In this document: positions 40,201 through 51,659 of the stretch, piece by piece
How positions within the stretch are numbered: the stretch's first letter is position 1
Layout of the letters: the number at the start of each line of letters is the position of its first letter
The notes under the pieces: generated by a model
Database searches by the model: none
The model's input: only the letters and a program-made list of their open reading frames with translations
What the model was told of the DNA's origin: nothing
Position numbers and translations under genes: made by a program
Assembly (NCBI GenBank): GCA_904063045.1
Contig: CAJFCJ010000001.1
Span: 2,108,001 to 2,172,000, forward strand
DNA: 64,000 nt
DNA from: Dimorphilus gyrociliatus
Taxonomy: Eukaryota; Animalia; Annelida
Direction of reading: 5' to 3'

Positions 40201-43200
40201 CGTTTTTATGTTGAAATTATATACGATTATTAATAGACTTTCTTAAATAAATGTCTAATTCTGTTTCTTATCATTAATTATTAATCCTATATTTACACTT
40301 TTTGAACTCTGAAATTTTCATCTGTCTAATCTATGACGAAATATCATGTATTCCTCTCTCTCTCTGTCTCTCCCTTTCTCTCTCTCTCTCTCTCTCTTTA
40401 CACGGCAGATGTTAAGTTCGCTAAGATATTTCTTCTATGCTATTTATTTTTGGTCTGTTTACTAACCGAATTCTTTCTATTATAGGCCTAGCTGTGCTAT
40501 TAAATAGGGAATATTAACAAAATATTGACAAATAAAAATATATTACAATGTCAAAACATATATTATACATAATAAAGAGGAAAAGAGAGAGAAAAATGAG
40601 GTCACTCAATAATTAGCATTAATAGCTAAAAGGTTTAGCTTGGTTATCAAGTCAATATGTATTTGAAAAATAACTGTCTAGCCAACATTTATTAGTAATA
40701 AAAAAATGTTATATATATATTTATAACTAGAGAAAATCAATATCTCTAAAAAGAAACATGGAAAATGTTAAACTGGTGATTATCCTATCCTACGCTTTCA
40801 TTTTGTTTTAGAAATTAGTTGTCATAGCAGTTTTCTTTATTATTTCTGAATAACCCTAAAATTAAGCCTACAATACTTATTAATTAGTTGATAAGCTGGT
40901 GTATTAATCCTATTTTATTAGTTCGGATTAATTTGTAATGTATAACGTTTGAAGGTATTAGTATCATATTACGGCGGTTTTTTTTTGAATTTAACGCCCT
41001 TTTGGTACTGAAAAAGGGGATAGGAGAGAAAAATACTTGGATGAAAAATTGAACGCTCTTTGTAATCGGTCTCATTGATGTATGGATGTGTATTATATAA
41101 TGAAATCTTTGTGTACAAAATCTTGGCAGGGTGGTAATGTGTCTGGCGTTACTCCTTTCTTATCTAAGAAGATAAGTACTTTTGATATTCCAACGATAAT
41201 CCGATAGTTTAATAGGATAATTTAAACCATACATCAATTAGGAATGAAAAACGAATCAATGATTTTCGGTCCCTTTGATAAATTTACGAATAATACAAAT
41301 AATCACTAAACTGTTGTAATAAAGCAATTATAAGAGCGTTTATCTTGTCTAGACAATTGTTATTGTTGTCGTAGATGGTAAAGAGAAAAAAAAAGGTGAT
41401 ATTACGCAATTATTCCAACAGTTACATATAATAGTTTTATGCGTTGAGGCACCTGGCTAAAAAAAATGTCCTACAAAAAGAAAAGTAAAATCATATTTCT
41501 TTTATAAAAATTGTTCTATTGAAAACTAAGCCTATGTTTCTTATTATTATTATATCTAAAAGAAACTACTAAACTAATACATTTAATGGCAAAAAGGTAA
41601 AGTAGTTATATAAAAATGAAATGAAAGGAAAATTATTTTGTTTAACGTTATATAAGCTTTGCACTAGAACGAACAGACTTTTGCATATGATTGCATAATG
41701 CGTAACAAATTTTTAATGTTGGCGTATAGTGATATATAGAAAAGTTATACGTATATAGTGTACATAAATTTTAGAATGCTTTTACTGAGTTTCGCCATTG
41801 TAGGGTTATAAATAATGGAGTTAAACCACTTTCAAATTAATGATCCTTTTAATTTTTATAGTATATAAAAGATGTGTGATGTTCCTTTATATTAAGTTGA
41901 AATGTATTAAATCAGAGCCAATGAATCAGATGGCGCTGCTGGATGCTAAGAACAGGAAAAAAGGCCGTAAATTATTTCAACTCTATTATAAAAAGTACTG
42001 GTGTGAAAGAAAAAAAAGAAGAAAAAAGGGGAAAAGGATGGAGTGAGGTCGGTAAAAAAGGAAAGGAATTTAGATATACAGATAATTTAGAATTGGAGGG
42101 CGATGAAATCGCTCTGTTGAACATTTCTTTGTTTATGACTAAGATTGTTTGAAAGGAGAAAAAAGGCTGGTCGGACTCTTTGATCTTAATTGATAATTTT
42201 AAGTCGTGTATACTATGAATAACACACCCATGGAATGCTCTCCTTTGATTAGCGTTGAACTTTTCCAGATACTCTTCCCAGCAGGAACAATTGTTCTATT
42301 TTTATTTTTCTCTTTTTACCCTTAAATCATTTCTCATATTTCCCATTATTTTCCATAATTCTATTACTAAACCTACAGCAAATGTCACGAGTCACATGAT
42401 TTTAAATAACTCTTTCGTCATTCTATGGTTCGACAAGTAGGGAAGAAAAAGAAGGGTAAATATTCTTAATCCAATCGGAATAAACGCTCCTTTCTTTAAG
42501 CCTAGTGATAACGATGACTCTACTTACTTATCCTATGTTAATTCTTTGAGTCAAAAGGGAATGAAGAGTATGATTCATTAAGAACAATATATTAATTATA
42601 AATCGAGTCATAAATAATGCTAATTAAAAGAATAAAATTCTTATGAATATTACGAAACGTTTTAATAAAGAATTCGTCATGAAAAATGTCGCTTATGGGA
42701 ATCGGAAGAAAAATGAAAATATTATGCTAATTAGATTTTTCTTAAGGATGAAAAATATCTTTTTTTTTGTTGCTGTGCAAAAAATTTTTTTCCCTTTCTT
42801 CCTTTTGTTCTTCACTTTTTCCATATAAACATTCTGGAGCTTATTTACATAATTTAAGATAGACTATTTAAATATGGTCGCTCACACAAGTATCGAAGTA
42901 TTTCTTTAGTACTTTATAAGGATCCTTGTCGGACGGACAAGAAAGAGACGCCTAACCATTTAATTTCCATATGTGTTTCCTGAGTGTATTTCCCTTAATC
43001 TTTTATTCTGTATTATACTGTAACACTTTAAAATGATACATATTTGTAGGGATTATGCCCAGCGTATAATTGTTCTATGTATTTGTTCATCTTCATGAAT
43101 ATTTAGGATATATTGGATTTCGAGAATTATAGTTTATTCCGGTTCCAATTACTAGCTTTTTTTGAGTAATTATCTCTTATTTCTTTCAACCCATCAATAA

Positions 43201-45177
43201 CCGATTCTAAGAGCTCAAAATTTTCAGAATATGTAAACAGATGACGGCTATAGACGCTTTTTTTTGTTAAAAAAAATCGGCAGGTGTGTGGCGTTTTATA
43301 TACCTGGATGTATGGGCTCAGAATGTATGCATGAAATGGATTGTATGTATTGTGAACTTTGTTCACCTCTGTTTCTCAGTAGGACAACAGTCGTTTCGTA
43401 ATGTAAATTGGTGTAACAACTAAGTGGGAAAGAGGCTTAGTTAATTGGGTCGAGAAGAACTAGCACAGAAAGCAATTATTGTTGACATTCGTAATGAACT
43501 CTCGTAAGGGAATAAGGCTTAGCTTATAACTAGAACTCACCTCTAAATAAAAGGAAAGTAAAATAGTTTCTTAAAAATTTTTAGGGACATCGATAAATTC
43601 AATTCACGAACCCCTTTTGGATTCACTACTAGATCAAATAGATTATTTTCGGCAAACTGTTGTGTCGGCGGAAATATCGATGCTATGTAGAGAAAATAGG
43701 ATATGCGGGAGGTCAACCAATGGGGAACGCTAGGGTAGGTGAAAGTGCTTGGTGTACTATTAATTTTTCTTTGGGAGCGAACGAAGGCATGAAAGGGGTT
43801 AGCCTAATCAACCATCGATTCAGATTAAACCTCGTTAAACCAATAGATGGCGTTGCATATCAACTATTAGCGGGATAGCGTTATAATTGAATGGGAGGAC
43901 GAGACTATTGCTATTAAAGAACCTTTGAAACTTTCTTTTAATGGTTAATGATAATTATCCGTTAGGGTGGGTGATTTCCGTCCCATAGATTATTTTTTGC
44001 CCCTAGCCCGTCTCTACAGTCACCATTGTCACCTCTGACGTTTTGACACTTCCTTGTTATCATATTGATTCGTTTATATATATATATATATCTTGCATTC
44101 GTTGTAGAAATGTAGAAATATTAGCAGGGCAAGAGACGCTTCATTTAAAAGATAACAGTAATAAATAAAGAAAAAAAACTGTTGACTAATTACTTTCACC
44201 ACCATCATTTGCTATTTCGTAACATTCAAATTATGTTAATTAATCAAGGTCAGCTCTTTTAAAAGAAAGGTAATAAATAAAATAAACTGCTTACAAATAG
44301 CATTTTGATCAATCGTTGCCTCCAATTCATCAGTCTAGCTACCTTACATAATCGAGCGTCCTACTGAATATATGAAAGCAATCAGCGGGTATTATTATTA
44401 ATGAGGTAAGAGGGACCGTAATAAACTATTGAAAAAGGGGTTATAAATAAAATATAAAATGAATAATGCGACGGATGAGAATTATTCATATAACTAGGTT
44501 AGTTAAGATGATTTATTTAATCAAGATCTTCTATTTTATGTAATATTATAACGTTATATTTTTCATAAACAGTATACAAGATTTAGTAAGAACGTCTTTT
44601 TCCGAAGCATCTAAGACGTTTCTTTTCTAATCTTTATCATTTCTTCGACGTCCTACGCATGATTTAAAATGAAGAAAATAAGACGAAAATAGTACCAATA
44701 GTATTAGCTGTAGTAGTAAGCAGTAGTAGTAATAGTAATAGTAACGGAAAGTTTTGTCTAAAGCATATCATATAGATATTTCTTTTAGTTATCAAAGAGT
44801 AAATTATGTAATTTTTATCTCATCAGAAATTCCATTATTATTACAATTATGTCAAGTGTTGGAATATTGGACTTTTGTCCAGTCATTTTGTTATTATTAT
44901 GCTATTTCAGGCATTATTTAAAACATCAAATACTATAAACTTTTATATTTTAAAAGTGTTTCTGTATTGTTAGTTTGAGGAATTTTTTCCCTTTTTTTTG
45001 GTATTTATCTAATCATATTCTACGCGTTTTTTTTTTATAAAAAAATGCTTATAAGATATATTTTTTATTACTTTCTCTTTATCGATCAATTCCTATTCTC
45101 TTTCTCACTCTCTCTCTCTCTCTCTTGCTTTTTATTTATGTTTATTTTTTTTGTACTTTTTCTCATTTTTTTGAATA

Positions 45178-46503
45178 TCAGACAAATTCCAATTTAGTAT
45201 CTTTATCTACTCCGAATTTTTCTTTATAGTCTTCGAAAATTCTCGTTAATCCATCCATATACTGCTGGTGCACTTCGTTAATTCTTTCTTTTGTTGGATT
45301 CGGTTCCTTTTCCAGATATATTGGCTTCCCCACTGTAGAGATAAATAAAGAAAATTATTGGTTGTTTAGAGTAGAGGGAGGAACTGAATGAAAAGTAAAG
45401 AGAATGTTAATTGATTAGAAACTCACCAACTGTCCGAACAGGTTTACGATGTGGAACAAAACCGAAAGTATAATTGAAGACTCCCCGACCGTAGAAGAAT
45501 GCTGGTGCTATACCACTTAGTTTTTTAAAAAGGATTTGAAATTTACGGAGGCGAGAACCATGGGGATTCGGGGCCTGGTTAAATAGGTCATTCTCACCAA
45601 AAGAGTAGATTGGAACGAGGGACGCCCTGCCGGGGGAAAAAGATAATGTAAGATTATTTCTACAGCCGTAAGCACGCCGTAAGCGTTTAGGAAAGAACTC
45701 CATCGTCTTCTGCTCGACAGATTTTTTCTATTATGTTTGTATACGGTCTCGTTCGCTTTTATACGTTTTTTATACGCTATAAGAGATGAAAGAGACGGGA
45801 GAGAAGGATGGATAGAAAAGTTATACCCCTGTTGCAAAGCCAGTTTGACAAAACCTTTCCTGTTCTTCAATGTCAGAATGTAATTATTTGGTCGTGCGTC
45901 AAGTGCCTCTTGCGCTCCTCCTACGACTATAATCGCGGCTTGTCCTTGACCTTTTTTAGTCAATATCCATTTTATACTTTCCTTACTCACGTCACAGATG
46001 CCCAACCACATAATGTAGCCACGGACTATCGGCCAATTGAAATTACTTATCAGAGTCAAAATATGAGGGGTTATTCCAGGGAACACTTTAGACACATTAT
46101 TAGCCTCTGTGGCAAAATTACAGAATGCTCCGCATCCAAGAATTCCATGCGGATGAGAGCCCATAATATAATTTCTAGATGGATCTAAATCAGCAGTCTT
46201 AATCAATGTTATCGGAAAATAGTCTCGAAAATATTTCCAAATTTTTAGATGCCTAAAGTATTCTATCCGCCGTCCTCCCCTGGAAGACGTTTTACATATA
46301 GCAATATCGTAGACCATCCAAGCCAAATATGCAGGCACGATCCACCAAATGATTGTCATTAAGAGGTAGTAAGCTAGAAATAGACTTAAAAATGGTACAA
46401 AGATTAGACCTAATGGGTAGTGCATAACGGCGGCCGTTTGGAGTCGTCTCTTGAGGGGTAGACCAAAAATCGGAGCCCATTTTATTCCTAGTTTACTCGT
46501 CAT
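45178..46503 (-). CDS. DGAT2/MOGAT family acyltransferase
   Basis: Exons 46503-45827, 45626-45427, 45332-45178. LPLKRRLQT, FRDYFPITLIKT, HPHG catalytic motif, IVVGGAQEAL, RKGFVKLAL, GASLVPIYSFGENDLF, FYGRG, VGKPI. Confidence 0.95.
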
Positions 46504-46949
46504 TTCTGAACTTTGATTTGTATATAATATTGAGCTTAAACTCCTTATCTATCTAATTGTCTGCTTTATCGACGTACGAAATTTTGACGAGTACTTGGAA
46601 TGATGTCTGGACTTTAGGCCTAGAGGATAAGTACAGACGTTCTATTAGATAAGAGACTGGAATTGAATGGAAATGAATTAAACGGACTGGAAGGGACTGA
46701 GAAAATCAGATTGTGTTATATTTTGTTAATTCGGTGTTGGAGAGTAAACTTAATAAACTAATTAGGGAAAACACGACAAGATCAGACTTTCTTATCCTTT
46801 TCCTTTCACGTTTCTCTATAAATAAGGTTGACAGCCCATTCCAACTTGTTTAGCAATACTGAAAACAAAGAGATTTTCTATCATTTTATTCAAGAAAAGA
46901 TAGAAATAAAAAGTTGAAAAAAATGAAATTTCTTGTCTCTGCCTTTTAC

Positions 46950-46951
<2 letters not shown>

Positions 46952-46998
<47 letters not shown>
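46952..46998. repeat. (TC)n microsatellite
   Basis: Near-perfect TC run upstream of the acyltransferase. Confidence 0.9.
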
Positions 46999-47001
<3 letters not shown>

Positions 47002-48755
47002 TTCTCTGTAAATGCAGAATGTACAGCATATATACATGTATATGCTCATTTATTAGTAGGATAGTAAATTGATAAGATATATGTAATAAAAACAGCTATT
47101 CTCTTAAAATATGACTAAGAAATGCCAATTTCTGTAAAAGATATAAGTCATTTGATCTTGTATTTAATCACTTAAGATAGTTTTGTACTAAAAAAGAAAC
47201 TCTTACTTAAGTATATATAGCCTACTTCCTTTTTACTAATATGTGTTAATGTTTTGTAATAAGCCTATTTTCGTATTATTATTAGTTTTTTATTATTAAA
47301 TAAGCTACCATAATCAAGGAGATAAAAACAAAAGAAACACTCTATACTATCTATACTGTATTTGAAATTTGTATTATACCTATAACTCTTTATTAGCTTT
47401 GGAAAAGGGAATCTTTTTATTTGTATTAGGCTTAGAAAAGAAGACAATATAGAGTAATAATCATTTAGTCTAAAAGATATAGTTATTGTTTATTATACTT
47501 TATTCATATTGTATAAATATCTGTAGGATCTTACCAGTTTATCTGACTATTTTTTTATTACTCTTATAGTATCTTTCATATCGTGAATAGTTTGAAATGT
47601 AATTTTTTTCTATAAACAATTAATCGTTTCTTTATATGATCTAAAAGTAAAACATTCCGATTGGTTGAGTTGTTCAATCAGACTGATCGAATAAATGGAA
47701 TATGTAACTTTTTCAATAGCTCCATCATCAATAACAGGTTGTCATGACCCTTTTCCCTGTCTTAGAATTCTCCTTTCTTTCTCTCTCTCTTCAGATCTTT
47801 ATTACATATCCTACTTAGTTCTTTAGCTGACTCAGAGTCAAGAAACTGAGACAGAAATGTATTTTTTATGATTTATGGAAAGCATCTTATACTTAAGTAC
47901 TTATTAATATTTAGAGAGAGTCCTTGAAAAATAAGAAAATTCTTGCTATACATTTTTAATAATCACTCTGTCCAATGGTATTGATATTTAAAGTAGTGTA
48001 GGTCTATATTTTGGGATATTTGCAAAAATAAAAGAAAGTTAAAAGTAACTTTTAATAAAAGAAAATGGTACTACAACAAAAAAAAGGCATAAAAGAACTC
48101 AATAGATAGTTTTATCTGATTACTAACGGAAGATTATGTAATAATTATTTCGTATTGATTTTAGAGCTGTGTTTTCAGTGTTTCTGTTTTCAAAGGCAGA
48201 ATTTAAAAATAGAGGAGAAAAAAAGACTTAATGAAAAAAAGAAAAGAAACAAAGAATATATAGTATAGGAATATTTTCTTCTTCTTTCGTATACAATATA
48301 AATAGTGAAAGTGCATTTAGTAAAAAGCAAATGAACGCAATTTGTCAAATAGTTTTCTTTTTTTTGTATATCTTGAAGCAATTTTTCGGAAAAATAACGC
48401 AAAATCTAAATACACAGTAATAAGCTTATTATCATTTTTTTGTTGTTTTTTTTGTTTTTTTTTTTTTTTTGCATATTAGTCTCTTCTAGCAATGCATAAA
48501 CTGGGAAAGTTTGAAAGTTCTCAAAAAGGAAAAAAAACAAAAAAAATCAATAATTATTAGAAAACGAAACTGAAGAATAGGAGTGTTTTTTTAATGTGTT
48601 TTTTAATTATTTCATTTTTCATTCTTTTTTTAAATGTTCTTCTTTAAAGTACTTTTTCTTTTTTGGCATAAAAGTTTCTCTACAGAAAATTTTTCCTTTT
48701 TTATTCCTTCATTTTCTATTGATGAAAGTGAAGGAAGAAAATTGGTTGAGCGTTT

Positions 48756-51592
48756 TTAAGCGACAGCAGAACTTTGAGCTTTCAGTTCTACTGGTTCACT
48801 TTCCTCCTCCTCTTCGGCTATATCTACTATAATATGCGTTTCTCTCTGCGCTTTCTTCCTAGCTACAAAGTTCTGCCATGTTCTCTGAATAATTCTAGCG
48901 CAGACCATTTCTCTTTGTCTCTTCAACATTGATGATGTAGGCTTATAGTTTGGTCTATCATTTACGGCTTTAACTTCACCCATCTCCCCTTCGTCTATGG
49001 TTCCGAGGAAGTTTTTAGTGAGTGCGTCTAGAATATCGACACAATGAACTAGTTCGTCTTCACATATTGGAATATTAAGTTGGACGAGTTTAAAATGATT
49101 TGGTAGTGGTATACGAAGGGGTTCTTCTAGTGTATCAACAAATTCGTGCAATTTTGTATAAGGTATATATTGAGTCGCCTCCTCGTCAAACTTTTCCCAA
49201 ATTTCGTAATACATATCAAAGTCATCTTGTGTAAGTCCTTGCTGAACATCCTCCGTAGCTTGGCTAAAGTTTTCGAGGATCACAGCAATAAACATATTCA
49301 TAACGATGAGGAAGCTGACTACTAAGTAACTGACAATAAAAAAAGTAGCCAAAGCCGCATTACCGCAATTACCATTCGGTAATTCTTTTGTTGGGACGGG
49401 ATTGCAATCTACCTCATTCATTAAGCCTGCTAAAACACCATCCCATCCAGCACTAGTTGATACCTTTAGAAGTAAAAGTTTTTCATTAATACAACTTATC
49501 TATTTACAGTATTTTATAAAGATGCTTTTTACCTGGAATAGCACAATGATCGATTGAAAGAATGTTTCAAAGTTGAACATGTCGTCTATTCCATGTGTAT
49601 GTTTAACATGCATAAAGAATGACATTCCGAATATGGCATAGATGAACATGACTAGAAAGAGTAGCAATCCGATATTGAACAAGGCGGGCATTGACACGGC
49701 CAGACTGAACAACAACGTTCGGATCCCTTTTGCAGATTTGACTAGCCTTAGCACCCTACCCACACGGAAAACTCGGACTACTCTTAAAAGTGTTGGCGAG
49801 ACAAAGTAACTAGATATTATATCCTTCATTGTCAGACCGAGAATCGAGAAGACAACGACGACAAAATCGAATACATTCCAAGGTTGTTTAAAATAGTACC
49901 AACGTAATCCTATGATTTTCATGACGGCTTCCAATGTAAAAACGACAATGAATAGTAGATTAATTTGGCTAAGGGCTGTTTCAACAGCTTTACTCTGTCC
50001 ATAATGTTCTAAACCCATTGCAACCATGTTTAACATAATGACAATCATAATACCAATATCAAACTTTTGGTTTGTCGTTAATTTGAAGAAAAATAAGGCT
50101 AATTTGAGCTATTTAAGAAGAAAACAACAATATTAATTGTATGACAGTTTTGCCAAATGTTTAGATTTTCTCCTCTCACCTTTGGTTTTGGAATAGGCTT
50201 TTGAGGGGCCTTCGAACCCAGTTTTTTCATGGCGTTGTAATATTTCTTCTGATCTTCCGTCATAAACATCTCTAAGCTACCTCCCGCCTTAATTTTTTTT
50301 ATCAGATAGTGAATAGGTTGGAAAATAGGTTGAAAATGAAAACTTACTTTCTTCTTTTGCATGTTGAAATTGTCTATTATAACACCAATGAATAAATTAA
50401 GAGTAAAGAAGGCACCAAAAATGATGAATAAGACGAAATAGAAGTGCATATAGACTCTCTCTTCGAACTTGGGTTGTAGACCTTTCTGTTAAAACCATTT
50501 GGGAAAAAAATGGAACAAAGAAAAGAGAACATTAATAAAACCTCATTATGAAAGTAGTATATTTAAATAAGAAACTGGGCCGATAACTGATGCATAACCA
50601 TGAGAGAGGATAGAGAGAACGTAGTCAAAAGTAAAACAAGGGAAAATCATAAAAAAATATAAGAACAAATGAAATAATAATATATAGGTATAAGACAATC
50701 CAAACAGATATGTAACAGAAAGCTAAGACCAATAAAAAAAAGATGAAAAGGGAAAAGAAAAACGGGTCAGCACCTCTCGGCTATCCGTTGCGTCTGCCAT
50801 AATATCCATCCAACCTTTAAAAGTCGCCTGCAAAAGAAAAAAGGAAGAGTGATTGGAAAACGATGAGGAAAAAGACGGGCTGTTATAGTGATTTTTTTTA
50901 TTCATAATACAGCGTGATAAAGCGGAAAAATATAAAAGCAGATTACAAAGTACTTTGAAAGAGTAAAATCGAAAGTTCGTTTTAGCAAGATTGAAGACCC
51001 AATTATGTCTTTTCTACCCTTAAAAACTCCTTTATTTAACCTATGGATTTTATGCATAAATATATAACGCAAAGCCAGGATTCCATCCCAAGCTCTCTTT
51101 TATAAATATAGCTCAGTTGTCCAAAGAAACACGGTAAAGAAATGATGAAAAACTGGGAGAAAGATTTAGATAAGTGTAAAAAAAAAGCAACCTCGATGAA
51201 TGACGAATGTATTACAATTATATATCTAATGTATTATTTTACATATAAAATAGATTTAGTTAATTTTAAGGAAGTTTAATACTGAATTTATTTACATATT
51301 GCATAACATCTTACTTTTAGAACTTTCGACATTTTCTTTTAAAATGTAAAATAAGTTGTTGATTTTTTGAAATAAAGGATTAACTTTTGTGTTCGTTTTA
51401 TATAGTAAACAGTATAAAAACATTAAAAAAGGGAAATTCTTTGATAGCTTGAGTGATGAACGCATAAAGCGGAAAAAGTTGCTTTAATATATAACTAAGA
51501 AAGATATAGTTAAGTGATATTTGACAAATTAAAAATAATAAATACTTGAAATGAAGATAGATAGATTGACAGAGACAGAGACAGAGAGAAAG

Positions 51593-51625
<33 letters not shown>

Positions 51626-51628
51626 CTA

Positions 51629-51659
<31 letters not shown>

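Noticed and set aside
43127-43420. 79-aa minus-strand ORF with nearby splice-like sites
   Set aside because: No phase-consistent exon chain without stops and no recognisable motif.
45627-45826. MOGAT intron 1 is stop-free in frame, extending the ORF-track protein to 328 aa
   Set aside because: Canonical splice sites restore the conserved GASLVP motif. The read-through shifts frame and loses the conserved C-terminus.
48678-48758. About 25 open codons after the Nav stop codon (possible readthrough)
   Set aside because: TAA-A is a tight stop context, and no downstream hairpin or conservation evidence is visible.
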